Shown: positions 11,342-25,515, counted from the first letter of the stretch. The stretch: 64,000 bases of DNA from Setoptus koraiensis (GCA_048013815.1 CM106585.1:19654001-19718000); one strand, 5' to 3'. A program made the numbers and translations. Notes: generated by a model from the sequence alone, not told the origin.

Positions 11342-14300
11342 CACCCGCGGGCCACAACGGCGCGCTCGGCAGGCGACCATTAGTCATCTGGCCAGACTCA
11401 CGCCGACGGGCGACAGTGACGACAGCGAGCGCATTTGCATATCACTCCAAATGTTGGCATAATAATACGCATAACGCACAACATAAATAACGCAGCTAGT
11501 TGGCAGACGGTCAAATTGTCACAGCGAGCACACGAGCGGCCCCAACGGGCCGCTCGTGCCGCCCCGAGGGGGCGCTGGCGTCGCGCGCGCCAGCGCATCT
11601 GGCCCGCACATGGGCGCGGGCGCTTCCGCTTCGGCTCACACTGGTCACTTGTTACTTGTCAGCCTGTGCCGGTGCTACATGGCTTTATGGCACACAATAT
11701 ATAGACGGCCAAAGATGCTCGTTGGCGGCCCATGTAGGCGTGCACCATTATATTATCATGTTTGTCATTATGTTGTTGTGGCTTATGTGTAATTGTGGCA
11801 AACAAGCTGAATGGGAGCTCAATGTGGCGACCATTCACTAACCGGCCGCGCCGCGCCGACTGCAATCAGTGCACGCTTGACCACTAACGGGCGAACATTA
11901 CTTGTTATGGCCGTTTGTTGCTGTTGCTGTCGTTGTTGTCGTTGTTGCTGTTGTTGTCGTTTTGGCCGTCGTTGTTGTCGCCGAAACGACGACAACAGTT
12001 AATGCGAGCGACGCGCAAACCGCAAGCTAACGACCCGCGCCCAGCGACATTAAAAAAGCCAAAACACGGCCCGTGATTAGGCCAGCAAACGATGCCCGCT
12101 TATCCGTTATCTGTCCAAGCAGCTCCGAACGACTGCGAACGAATACGAGCGACTGCGAACGAATCCGACCGGCTCCCAGTGACTCCGAACGACTCCGAAT
12201 GGCTCCAAATCACGCTCTACGGGCGCCGGGCCTCCCCGCGCGGGTCGCGCCCACCGTCCGCTGACATAAGCGGTCAGCGGGTCCCGTCCGCTACGGTCTA
12301 TGCGCCAACAGCATAAACCGTAACAGCTGAGCGCCCGGTCTGGCCGACGAGCCCGCGTCCGAACCGTCAACCGGCGCGGCCATACGGGCACATCCAAAGC
12401 GGCCGTCCATCTAAGCTCAAAAAATCATGTATTCAGGCATTTTCGAATTTGCGGCCGAATGTCGGCCAAATTCGCATTGGCATAAATTGGCATAAATTGG
12501 CATAAATCGAGACCAGTTCGGACGGATCGAGACCAATTGGGCTGGATCGAGACAACAGTGCAGAGATTGGGACGGCGCACACAGGCGAGCCATCGTTGCG
12601 ACCAATCACGACGCTGACAAGCTCGCCTCACCTGGCCGCCAGTCGACAGCATCTGCTCGGCTGGCACCAATTGTGCAGCACAACAATGGGCACACACACA
12701 CACACACCAATCAGCACGCTTCATTGGTGTGTGCAGCTTGTGCCAATCAGCGGCGCATCTTGGCGCATTAATTGATGCCTTGCAGCGGGTTGCGGCATTG
12801 GCGCAGCGATACTTGTCAGAGCCGATTAATTTAATAATAGCACTGACCACAGCTATCACTACCATTATCGCCGGCACAGATTGCAGCTTGCGCTTGTGCT
12901 GCAACAAGCAGTTGTGCGCGGTGCAGTTGTTAGTTGTTGCACAGACACACAACATCTGCTCGCCGTCGTTTACGTGCACTGGTCAGCGTTAACTGGTCAG
13001 CGTTTACTGGTCAGCGTTTACTGGTCGGCGGGCCGCCGGCACGTGCAGCGGCCGAGCGCATAAAGCGGCAGGCAACGGAACACGGATTGTCCGGTTGAGC
13101 AACCGACCAACGGGGCAACGGTGAGCTGAGTTGATAAGTTTAATTAGTCGCTCACCGGCGCACGCTGCTCGTGCGCAACCTGGTCCGCTGGCCGGCCAGC
13201 CACGCCCGTGCCGGCCGGCCGGCCGGCCTGCTGGGCGCATCGGGCGCAGCGTACGCGCACGTATGGCCAGTTGATGGCCGATAAACGGCGAGCCAGCTGA
13301 ATCATCGCGGCCATTATAGCGGCCGAACGGCCGTAGATGGGGAGGGATCATGAACGGTGGCGGGCGGCGTGCCAACTGGAGCGGCGCAGCGACGACTATT
13401 TTTAAACAGTCCGTATGACTGTCCAACTCGCTCAGCTTGCACTGCGCCCAACTGACCGCTCCGAGCGCCGCCGACTGACCGCTCCGAGCGCCCGACTGAC
13501 CGCTGGTCGGCGCCGGTGAACGAATCAGCGCGAACGAATCAGTGTGAACGAATCAGCTCAGTGCGCGACCGGCCGCCGGAAGTCGGAACAAGCGGCACAA
13601 GAATAGCAACACACGCGCACAACAAGTGACACACACACCGCGCTGACCAGCGGTGGCCACTTCCGGGGCAGTGTAAGCCGTTGCGTGCGACGCACACACT
13701 GTGCATTGTGTGCTGCGCACACAGTGTGTGCCGTGACCAGGGGCAAAGGTGACCGTGCCAGAAGCACTTTCACTATGTCCGCTGTCAATGGGCGCTGTCA
13801 TTGGGCTGTCGTTCGGCGCTGTCGTTCGGCGCTGTCGTTGGCTGGCGTCATTTGGTGCTGTCATTTGGTCCATTTGAGCCACCGCTCCAACTGACCACAC
13901 TCAACAGCTGACCGCGGGCCGGCTCAGCTGCTGACCGGAGCTGCACCGGGGCTGCACCGCGCTGCGCAGTGACCACAATCGCCGGAACCGGGCCCGCGGA
14001 AGCCTGGTGCGCTGACGCGGCCGTCGGTGTTGTGCGTGCCAGATGAGCTCGCGCCGACAAGTGCCGGCTCATCGGCTGCTCGTCAGATTTGCGCCCTCAG
14101 TTGCCGGCCCGTCACCGACCGATCGTCGCCGACCGATCGCCGGCCCGTCGTCGCCCGATTGCAGGCCCGTCGCTGCCAAATGCGAATTCGTCACAATTTG
14201 ATGCCACTTAATGAACAGTATTCATCGATCATATGGGCCACCGACTGATTGGGGCCGCGTTGCGCAGCGAGGGGCGTGTTGCGCGTGTGCCGGCATGTGA

Positions 14301-16696
14301 CAGTCGGAGCCCGACTGTCTGGCCGGCCACTTGGTCGCCAGTGGCGCCCACCCGACTGTTTGGGCTCGCTCGTGTTTGGGCTCACCCGTGTTTGGGCCCG
14401 CTCGGGTTCGGGCTCGCCGCGCAATCTCGTCCGCCAAAGACGCGCCTCGTCGAGGGCGCACTCACTCCGAGTGAGTGACTCGCACGCGCCACGCGCCACC
14501 ACGTGCCCAGTTAACCGGCCAGACGCGCCAGCAAAGTAGCGCTCTGGGCAGCTGCATTTTCGGCGTTTTCGGCGTTTTCCGCGTTTTCCGCGTTTTCCGC
14601 GTTTTCGGCTGGTTGCGAGCGCTACGACAGCGAGCGGCCGGCTCGAGGCCCCGCCCGACCGTGGCTAGTGAGCGGCCCGCTCGCAAACAGCGGCCAAGTC
14701 GCCATAGGTGGCGACGCTGGCGGCATCGTCGCTGGCCGGAGCCAGCAACCACTATTCCATGTATCACTTTATCGACAAGCGAGCGATATGTTACTACGCC
14801 GCTTACGTCATGACATGTTACCAGGCCGCTTACGTCATGACATGTTACATCGTGTGGCCAACATGGCGCGAGCGAGCAATTAGCGTCTGCAATAATGGGA
14901 AAAGCCATTGCGCGATCAACAGCTGATGCCGGTGCTCGCAGCCTGATTCGTGAGCTGTCAAATTGACAGTGTCAATGTGCCGAGTGACCGCTGGCGCGCG
15001 ATAACAGTGCTCAGGTAACAGTTCGTGTCGGCGGCGCCGACAACACCGGTCAATGCCGGTTACGACTAATGGGCCAATCTGCGCAATGTGCCGCCGTTGA
15101 TCGAGCGGCGGGCCCGCCGCCGCCGAGGGGCGCTAGCACTCAGTGGAGCGCGCCGGCGAAAGTGAATTCCTTTGTGCCGGTGGCCGGTGTGGCCCGCTCC
15201 ACAGACGACAGCAACAAGTACCGTTGCGAGCCCGCGGCCGAACGGCACCTCTTAACGGCACAATGATGGCAAAATAATGACCACGCAACAACTGCCGCGT
15301 GCGGCTGCTGGTCAGCGGCGGCCCGTTAGTTGGGCCGCTCGCGCCACTTGCGTCAGTTGCGCCGGGACGCAACACATGTCGCCAGTGGCGCTCGCAAGTG
15401 GTGCACGGCGGCGCACCCTGGCACCGGCCGCAACTGTTGCTCATTAATGTTTATAAATAGCACCTTTCGCGGCCGCCGCACCATAATGAACAGCGACGGC
15501 ACCGGCACGCACATGGTGCGAGCGGCACGAGCTGCCCGGCGCACCGGTGCAACAGTTTGGCCGGTGGCTCGAGACTGCTGCACCTTTGCATTGCTGCACC
15601 GCACGCGGTTGAGTCGCTCTTGGTGCCAGCACCAAGTTGGTGCTGGCAGCTCGCAGCGTCTGACACATCAGCTGACATTGGCTGACAGTAGCTCGCACCG
15701 TGCGCCAGTCATCAGCTGATACAATACGGTAAACGCCGTTTACTAACAACGGTGCTGCTGCAGTTAGCCCAAATCTGGCGTGCGCAATTGCGCACCGTGC
15801 GGCACGCGCCAACGCTGCTGCACCAAGGTGGCCGCTGCAGCATATCGGTCCTCTGATATTATCCTGGTATCGGCCCAATCGGCTGATATTATCCTGCTAT
15901 CGGCCCCATCGGCTGTCGTTATGTGAGCCTGTCGTTATGTGGCTCGAAAAAACAGCCACTGGCACCGCTACTGTTGGCTGCCCACTGTCACGAGCCGGTT
16001 GCACCAGACACACGAGTCGTGTGCGGTGCAACATGTGCCAGTTGCAGCGCCGGCATATGTTGCCGGCACGTTGGTGATCTATTTTTAAATTAATCAGGTT
16101 GGCGCCCGTTTTTTTCTCCCTCTCTCCTGTCTCATCTGTAACAGATGAGATCTGTTTGCGCCATTGTCGCGGGCTGCCGGCACGCGCTCCACTTCTGGGC
16201 CCCCGTGTCGCACAGGCGGTTACTGTAACTGCGCCCGCCGCACACAGCAGCGCAGTTATAAAAAAAAAAACAAAATAAAAATAATCACGACCAAGCCGAA
16301 ATGGGGCCAACTCGTGTCACGTCCAACTAGCCGGCGCTGGCGCCAACTCAGCGCCGGCACCACGGCACGACATATGTGCATTTGATGCGTCCATTTGTTT
16401 GCTCGCGTTTGTCGGGCGCGTCTGGGCGGCGCGGCCTCGATCGCCGGACTGCCGGCGCTGACGGGCGCGCTGCCAGCCAAGTCCGGTCGTCCGCCAGCGA
16501 CATGTTGTAAACGCCCACAACATTGTCGGCTCGGCGGCGTGCTGTTGGCGGGCCGGCCAAGACGCCGCAACGGGCCGTCAGTGTCCGCAGGGCGCCCTCT
16601 GGAGCTACCTGAGCGAGCGCGCCGTTTTTTACCATTCGCACACTTTATGCCCTCTCAGCGCAAACTTTGCGCACTCTTCACGCAAACCTTACACAC

Positions 16697-16770
16697 ACTA
16701 CGCCAACTTTGCACAAACTACGCCAACTTTGCACAAACTAGGCAAACTTTGCACAAAGTTTGCACAAACT
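16697..16770. repeat. 20-bp tandem array (ACTACGCCAACTTTGCACAA) x3 plus partial
   Basis: ACTA starts at 16697, 16717, 16737. Confidence 0.85.
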
Positions 16771-17486
16771 GTGCGCACGGTTCGCCGGCGATAATGCGAT
16801 GCGCGCACAGATTATGCTATGGATATTATTATTATGGATATTGTCGCGAGTGGCGAGCGTAAGCGGGTTGCTGTCGGGCCGGCGCAGCAGCATCAGCGGC
16901 GCCCAAAGACAACATCGACGGCAATATGGGCCACACAGTTTAAGAAAGTGACAGATGTTGAATCATCATTGTCACGAGCGCTCTGGCAGCCGGGCAGGCA
17001 AAAAACGCAAATCTAATTCAGTGCGCTCTCCATGCTGTTGCCGTTTATGGCCCGTCCTTCAAATGATCGATCTGCAAATGGAGCGTTCCCCTATTTTCGG
17101 CCGATGCGCGCCGATATATACATCGGCGATGGATATATCGCCGATGGATATATGTGCATCGGCGCGGGCTACCTGGCGGCCATTAGCGCCGGCACGGTAC
17201 GGGCCGCTCGAGGGCTTTGTTCATGGAGATGCTGGCGCAAGATGTGACTGTTCCGATTTGTGCCAGATTTAACTCTCTTGCGGAGCGCGATACAAGACGC
17301 TCGGCCCACTTGGCGCTGCTTGCGCCTCAGTTCGGCCGATGACGACAGAAGGCGACTCTCGCCGCTGCTCTAATTTATCTGTCACACTGTCCGGCCAGCA
17401 TCCATTGGGTGATGCTGTCGCCGTGCAGCCGCATATAGCCTCACGTGGCCACATATAGCAACACTGCACATAACAACACGACATGT

Positions 17487-17592
17487 ACCAGCGACGACAG
17501 CGACAGCGACAACAGCGACAACAGCGACAACAGTGACAAATCCTAAAACAGCGACAACAGTGACAAATCCTGAAACAGCGACAACAGCGACA
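17487..17592. repeat. Compound 9/27-bp array (ACAGCGACA; ACAGTGACAAATCCT)
   Basis: Read directly. Confidence 0.8.
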
Positions 17593-17896
17593 TATTGCTG
17601 CTCCAGTTTGGCGGCGCGGCCAGTTGGCCGCGCGACAAACTCGGCGTCCACTGGTCACAGCGACTGGCGCGCTCACAGCGACTCGCGCAGCAACAGATTG
17701 GCGAGTGTCGCGTGCCCGTTGGGGCCCATTCAGACAAATCCAATTCAGGGCGAACTGCAATTCAAAACAAAAAAAACTGCAATTCAAGACGAAAACGAAC
17801 GGGCCTCGCATCGCGCGCCCTTCGGCGGCCGCAGACTGACCGAGTGGCGGAGCGGGCCCGCCGCTCAGTGTCAGCGGGCGCCGTCTTGCCGGCCCA

Positions 17897-17958
17897 CCGA
17901 CAATCGATCGTGCGCACCGACAATCGATCGTGCGCACCGACAATCGATGGTGCGCACC
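17897..17958. repeat. 20-bp tandem array (CCGACAATCGATCGTGCGCA) x3
   Basis: Read directly. Confidence 0.9.
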
Positions 17959-20900
17959 AAATTGGCACAGAGTGAGCTGGCCACGGGCCGGGCTTGGCCG
18001 CGCGGCCGCCAGGCGTCGCGCGCACGACGGGCCGCCGGCCGGGGTGTTTATTTTGTACTTTATTTTGTACTTTATCTCGCGTTTTGTTCTTGGCACGATC
18101 GCATTTTATTGGCTGCGGCCGCGACAAAACGCCGGCGATCGCCGCGGCCGGGCCGGCCCAACGTGCGAGCGTGTTTAAATTGACAGTCGCTCGAATTGAC
18201 AGTCGCCCGAGCTGACAGTTGCCGGAATTAACAGAGTGGCGCGCGGGCCGCCGAGAGGAGAGGAGTGGCGCTGGCGAGCAAACACCGTCCACGGACACTC
18301 CTCGGGCCTGGCCCGTTGGCCGTGGCTGCCCGGCTGCCCGGCTGACGGGCCGACTGGCTGGCGAGCAAACAAAAGTAAATTAACGTCCAGCGCGCACGTT
18401 AATCTAGCAACAGCGGCGGCACTAACTAACTGGCCGGTGGCCGGTCGGCGCGTTGACAAACTCGCCAGCTAACAAACTGGCCAAACCGACGGACTGACCA
18501 GCGCGCACTTGTGTGTCCGGCGTCGCGAATTCCAGCCGCTACCGCCTGGCGCGGTTGTGATCGGGCCACAAGTTGTGCGACTCACAACCGCGGACAGAGC
18601 GACAGAGCGCCAGATCAGGTGACGCGCAGCGATTTGGGTAGGTCCATAATGAGGATAATTTGACAAGAGAATGAGCGGCCTGCTCATTACAGTAATGGAT
18701 GCTGGTGCTCCATTGATCGATCATGAGCGTCAGTTTATCATCTGTCAACGGGCACCGCTGACAAGCGAGCGCCGTTAGTGGCCCGAGACGAACGGTGCGT
18801 CTGTTTGTCCGGCGCGTTTGTTTGTTTGGCTGGCCGTGGTTGCGGTGGCTTGATGAAGCCGGATGAAGCGCGGAATGAAGCGCGGAATGAAGCGCGGAAT
18901 GAGATAGCCGGCAACAGTTTAGGCCGCTCGTTTGCGCTCATCCGCGGGTGATGATGATCCGCGGGCACCGGCGCAGTTTAATTCATTTGCATCTTGGGCT
19001 GCCGCGCTCACACAATGATATGCGCGCGTGTGTTTGCTCAATAGGTGCGCCTCGCCCGTGCGCCGCTGCGGGCCGCATTGTGTCCCGTTAAGTAGCTAGT
19101 TAATCTCTCCTTTGTTGCTGCTGCTGCTATCTCTCATTTTATAATGCTGGCCATAGCAATGCTATGATGGTAATACTGTGATAGTGAGCTGCCGGGAATG
19201 CGCAGGTAGACGCGGCCTGCGTGGTGCGGGCCGGTGCACCGGCATCACAGTAACCGCCATCACAGTAACCGTCATTACAGTGACCGTCAGGTTGCAGCCC
19301 GGCGCACGATGCGGCACAATGAGATTGCAATACGCGATCATTGTATTACAATCTCAGATCTGTGCGTGTGTGTGTGCTCAGCGCGCAGTGACAACAAACA
19401 AATGAACTGCAACACTAATAGAGCACTAAACAGTTATAATGGCCAGCCCGTCAGCAAATAGCTCACCTGGTGACACTGGCTGACAGCGAGTGTTTGCTGA
19501 CCGTCGCCTGTCAGCTCGCCGACTCGCGCGCTCACCTGACGCGCACTGACAAATGTTTGAATGGACACTGACAGTCAGCTGACAGCACAACCGGCGGCGC
19601 CGTGCCCACCGAGCGCGGCCCTCGCCGGCCGCCGCTGGCCATTGGCGGGGCCGGTGCGGACGTCCGTGCGACCGGGCGACAGGGCGAGAGCCGCCGAGAG
19701 TCGCGAAAAGTTTCCGAGAATCGCCAGTCGCCGCGCAGCGAGAACGCAGCGCAGGCAGGCAGCGCAGGCAGGCAGGCCGATCCACGCACGGCCGTCGGGC
19801 CGACGGCGGCGGCTATGATCGATCACCGGTCTTCGCGCGGTGCGGCGTGCGGGCGGATGTGCTCGGCTCGAGCCGCCTGAGCTGGCCGGCGCGGCCCGCG
19901 AGGCGCTGCGCGACCGAGCGCAAGCGCAACGGGCGCCATCCGTCATTGTGGCTGCTCGCTCATTTGAATGAATTTGATTAGCGCCGACTCGCCCATGTGA
20001 TCGATGGCCCCAGAAACGCAGCAGCGCACACTCGTACCTGGCCGCGTCGCCACCACTTATTACTCATTATCGGCGGGCCGCGTCGTTGGCCGTATCACTT
20101 TGCAATATCAATTTAGCATTCGTCGGCTGGATATCATTTGGCAGCGCCGAGTCGGCACTCGTCGGGTATCGCCGGCCGGATCACTTGGCAGCGCCGAGTC
20201 GGCACTCATCGGGCTGTATCGCTGTACCGCTGGATGTGCGCCGATGGCCGGCCAGACTGCGCCGGGCGCTCATCTGCATACGGCGACGCGCTGCGCCATG
20301 GTGGCGCAATCAGCGCCGGCTCATCGGGCTCATCGAGCCCCGATGGGCCGACGGGCGCACGAACGGGCAACAAACGGCCGCTAACGAGCGCGCAGATTTA
20401 TATCATATATCACAATGGCCACTCGACAGCGGTGACTGATTGATGAACAGCGACCGGCGGACTCGGCACCGATTCGTCTTGTTTCACTTTAATGAATAAA
20501 CTTTGCCATATATAATGTATGTGTAAACTGTTGGCCGCCTGTCGCCCGCCTGTTGCCGTCCCGCGGCGCGCCGCCAGGTAGCGCCCGCGCGGGTTGCCCA
20601 TTGATAAACGCGACTAGATGGCGCAAAACGCGACTCGATGGCACACACAGCGCAGGGGTGATGTATGGCCGGTAGGTGCGCGACCCGGCCGACCGGCGAA
20701 CAGGCGAACGGGGTTACCCGGCGCTGGCGACCGACCGGGCCACCAGTGCGCCAGTGCACAAAAAAAGCCAGTCGGCGAACGAGCAAGTCGGCGAATGAGC
20801 CAGTCGACGCATGAGCCGGTCGGCCGATGAGCCAGTCGGCCCGATCGGCATAATCGGGTTCGCCGCAACGACCCGCACAGGCGAAAAGGGTTCTGTCGGC

Positions 20901-21924
20901 GGCCGGCTGGCGTGCGTTCAGCTGGCGGCCGCTCGCCTAATTCTGGCGCTGGCCCAAACAGCGATAACAGCCAGCAGATTGGAGGGCCCAAAGGGAACAC
21001 AACAGGCCCCGTTGAGCAGGCAGCGCTGAACAGAGCGACAGATGAGCATCTGCGCATCTGCTCGCTGACAGTTGGGTCGTTGGGTTGCTGGCACCACTGA
21101 CCAACTGACTCACAAACGGCCCGTCCGTTGCTGCCGCGTCCGTGCCACTGGCTGCCACACTGCGACTGTGAGCACGTCAATATTCACGTGCCGAGTCGAC
21201 GCCGCACTGGACGCTCAACGAACGCCTCACGCAGCCGCGGGCACCATTGCAAAAAATCAGCCAGAGCCATCGATTATCGTCTCGGCCGGAAGTGGCAAAG
21301 TGACGCGCGCGTCGCACGGCCAGCGAGCGATACAACGCGGCTCGTCGGGGGCAAGCCGGCCGGGGCTCCAAAGGGCTGACCGGCCGCTTGGCCGGTTTGT
21401 GAATGGCCGCCGGGTTGACCAGTCGGCCAGTTGGCTGGCTCGTGGTGCCGCGCACACTGTTGCGCCGTGGCGCTGTTGCACCGCGCACCGCGGATACCGG
21501 CACTGTGCCACAGTGAGTCACTGTCAGCGACTGTGGCCAGCAGTTGTCGGTGCAATATTGTGCCGGCGCACAAACGGAGGCGCACGCAAATAGCAGTTGT
21601 GCTATTTATGGGAAGTGCACCATCTGGCGCCAACTTGTTGCCGGGCCCCGCGCGGCCGCCCCGCTCCACGGAGTGCGCCGAGGTTGCGCTCAAACTGCGC
21701 TCAAACTGCGCTCAAACTGCGCTCAAACTGGGGTCCCCGTTGCAGGGCCCGTGGCAGTGGGGCGCAGAGCGAGCAGGATGTCGCTCAAAGGGGCAACTTG
21801 TTGCTGTGTCAACACGCTCACTTTTGGGGCGCACGCTGCCCCGCGAGCCGGCGCAAGATGCTGCAGCGACCGCTGACCGGTGCACCGGCGCTGGCCGAAC
21901 ATTCGTATGCCCATAAATACACAC

Positions 21925-22030
21925 CAGCAAAAGTACGTGTAGCAGTAGTACGTGTAGCAGTAGTACGTGTAGTAGTAGCATATGCACCAGTAGTGCATGC
22001 AGCAGTAGTACAAGCAGCAGTAGTGTATGC
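21925..22030. repeat. 15-bp tandem array (CAGTAGTACGTGTAG-like), about 7 copies
   Basis: Read directly; gives the YYCYT/VVRVA shadow ORFs. Confidence 0.85.
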
Positions 22031-25000
22031 ACGGTGCAGCCGGAGTGGTGCCCTTTAAACTTTGATTCGGTGGCTGGTCGCGCGGACATCGGTTGACACT
22101 GGTGCACGCACACTGGCGGTGCAACGGCCCAAATCATGGGAACCAAATTGGAGCGGCCAGTGACTGGCAGCGAAATATTGAAGGCAGGCTATCAATAATG
22201 ATGGGAAAGATGATACGGCGACAGTGGCAGATGAGCAGTGCCGGCCAGCGTCTTCGATTCCATCGGGCCGGCCATCGGAGCGGCCAGTGAGCCGGTGCGC
22301 CGGCCGCTTTCTTGGGAGGCACCGCGACGCGACACGACACAACACTGCGCGACGCGACACGACACAACACTGGCCACGGCAACAAAGCAAAACAAAACCC
22401 CAGCCAGAACGACAAAAGCAGTTCACGCAAACGACTGACGCTTGATGACGGCTGCGCGCATTGTGCGCCCGGTCTCAACGCCGCGCCGCGCACCAGCACC
22501 GATGGGCGCACCGCGATAACTCAGCGCACCGCGCATCATCGGGCACCGTTCGCACGACCTTCACCTTGGCCACCTTTCGCCCGGCAGCGTACGCGATTTT
22601 GCACGCGTTTCGCTGCCCTCTTGGACGCGTCGCATCTTGGGGCGCATCTCGTGCGCTGAGCAGCTACCTGTGCTGCAACGCGCTGCTCAAAATGGCTCTT
22701 GACGCAGTTGCAGGGGCACAGTTACACTCTCACGAGTATCACCGCCGATGTCATACGGCTCGCATATGATGCCACTGCGCGCGGAGGTTCCCACATGGGC
22801 CGCACCAGCTCCATTGTGCGCCCGTCTTGCACGGGCCGAGCGGCTGCGATCGTTGGGGCGACGTCAGGCGACGGGCCCGCTTCGGGTTGACATCACAATG
22901 GGCTGGTCAATGGGCTGCTCGTGGTGGCCAGTGGCCCCAGTGAGCACGATGATGGGAGTCAGCTGTCGGCCGCCGACCGGCCGGACGGGCGGCCAGCTCG
23001 GCGGCGGCTTGCTGACGCGCGCTGAGTGTTTTTGGGGCCGCCTCTGGCCTCTGGGCCAAAAAACTCGCACCAAAAGACTCGCACCAAAAGACTCGCACCA
23101 AAAGACCCGCAGGCCGCCGGGCAGAAAGGGATCCGTCGCCACCTGAGTGTTGTGGCCGCGAGCGGCGCGACGGTCGGCCGACGGCTCTCGGTGGTGGTGA
23201 GCTGAGCCGCTCGCTGGCTCTGCAGCCAACATATCGTGGTGGCGCTAATGACAGGCCAAACAGAAGCAACAGATGCCGAGATCGCCTGCCGGCCAGACAG
23301 ATGCGCCGCTGAACGCGCGACATGAATGAGAAATAACTGCCAACATACATATAATATAATAGCAGCGTAAACGTGAATGAACGTGACGATCGCGCTGCGC
23401 GTCCACGCCGCCGCCAAGCTGACCGATGGCCAGTGGCTGTCGCGTCGTGCCGATGCGGCTGCTGCTGCTGGTGCCCGTGCCACGGGCAAGATGACTGCCG
23501 ACTGCCGGCGCAACCTGGCACAGCGACACCCGACAGCAGCAGCGGCGGCCCGGCTACGTGCCACCAGTAGCCGCACGTTGTGCCGTGTGTGTGTGTGTGT
23601 GTGAACTAAATGAGTGGACGGAGATAATCAGTGTTGGCAGCACTGCTGGCCGCTGGCCGGGATAAGAATCAGCGCCAGCAGCGGATAAGAATAAGAAGCG
23701 GCTCACGAGCGACTGCGTGTGATGCTGCACTCTCAATTGCGACCGGCACAACCACCGCTGGACACCGCTCAGGTGGCAGCAGCCGTTGCAGTTGCAGTTG
23801 TTTTTGTTGTGTTACCTTCGCACAATAACTGCTGCCACAGTGACAGCTGCTGGTTGTTGTTGTTGTTGTTGCTGGTCAGCAGTGCATCGCTATGCGTGCA
23901 CACTGTATCACGGTGAGAACGGCAACAACAGCAACAACAGCAACAACAACCTAATGATACGTGCGCACCAGCGGCGCAGTTCGATCAAACTGATTAACAA
24001 GCGGCGTCATTTGCCAGCGGCCAGCTTGTTTGCCGGCGCTGCACGTACAGGATATACACGACGGCGGCAGCGGCGGCTATATTTAGCCGCTTGCATGCAC
24101 TACTTTCTCAGCCGCTGGCCAGGTCGTGTCAGTGCGCTGGTCAGGCCCAATTTGAGCCGGCCAGGTCGACAGTGGCCGCCACGGACGGCACAGGATACAG
24201 TGGCCAAAAAACATCCTGTGCCCCCGACTGCACGACCGGGCCATTGGAGGGGCCCGCGCGGCCGGCAACTCGTTGCTCTCTGTTCCGCCGGGCACACGCA
24301 ACAGATGATCGCCGGCGCTCGGGAGGCTCGCTTGGGGAGCTGCGCAGCGAAGGTTCTTCGGGCAGCGCGAATCGGGCTGCCCGAATCGGACTGGCGCGGC
24401 GGCCACTCGCACCAACTGGTGGCATCGCTCGGACTGGTGGCATCGCTCGGACTGGCGGCGTCGGGCCGGACCGGGGGCATCAATGGGCGAGAGCAAACAA
24501 GCGCGGCGACAAATGGTGGCAACAGCAGAAGGCCGTGAGGTTGCGAGCGGCAAGTACGTGTCGTATGATGCTGGCCATCAATAGATTTTGCAAAAAGTGA
24601 ATAAGGAGCAGCGAGCAGGAAATGAGTTTCTCAGCCGTGGCCATTGTCGACGGCGGGCACCATTAACAGCGAGCGTCACACATAGCGTACAGTACAGTCA
24701 CTGTACTACAGTGCGTATAGGCCTGCATCGGCTGTGTGCCTTTTGGCTGTTTTGCTTTTTTAGCCGCGTCTGCCCGATGCTGCTCGCTGTTTGCCGTTTG
24801 CGGGCCCTCGCAGGCAGATGGCGCCTCGCGCGTTGCTCACCCTCCTCACACTGATAACACTGCTCACAAGTTGTGAGTCGCAACTCCTCACACTGCTCGC
24901 AACTCGAATGGCAACCGTGGTCAGCGGCCAATGGCAGTCCCGTGTCGGCCCACCGCGCCGGCCGGCCCGAGCGTGGACATTTGTGTGAGCCGCTTGAGAC

Positions 25001-25479
25001 GCGGGCGCACAGCGACGCTCACTGTGCGCCCGCGTCGTCTCAAACGAGCGTGGCAGCCATTGGGCCGCATTGGAAGATTCGATTTTGGGCGATGCTGCTG
25101 ATGGCTGCTAAAAATCGAACAATCCTATCCAAACCAATCGAACTGAATCGCCCATCTGTGCTTATATTGTTCTGCTCTCTCATGGTGTGTGCGTGTGTCC
25201 GTTCGTCCGTATGTTCATCTCATTGTGCGTGTGTATCAAGCAGCGCTAAATCTTGTGTGACGAGCGCTGTGTGTGCCACTCTGCAGACTCTCAGTGGACT
25301 CCACTGAGTGGAGGACGCATCCCGAGGGGCGAGCGGCGGCGCGGCCCCCTCGCAGCACTCGCAGCACTATAAGCGTATGCAGAGGGAGAACTTTTTTCTC
25401 CGTTTTCTTCTTTTTTTCTTGCTCGCATGTTTGTCCATTATTCTATTATTGTCCCCTCTCGGCCAAAAGTTCTCCAAAA

Positions 25480-25481
<2 letters not shown>

Positions 25482-25513
<32 letters not shown>
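25482..25513. repeat. (AC)16 microsatellite upstream of Delta
   Basis: Read directly. Confidence 0.95.

Positions 25514-25515
<2 letters not shown>

Noticed and set aside
20138-20207. 23-bp direct repeat with 24-bp spacer and internal GCCGA-G-TCGGC palindrome (CRISPR-like look)
   Set aside because: Only two copies, the spacers are themselves related, the context is eukaryotic and there are no cas genes; it is a 47-bp local duplication.
21723-22124. Cys/Tyr-rich ORF resembling a keratin-associated or cuticle protein
   Set aside because: Direct translation of the 15-bp array; no signal peptide or promoter evidence.
1931-25307. Many 100-300 aa overlapping ORFs in the GC-rich desert (e.g. 1931-2839, 17269-18096, 23786-24538)
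   Set aside because: R/A/G/P/C-rich translations of repeats, open in several frames and on both strands because high GC depletes stops; no domain recognised.
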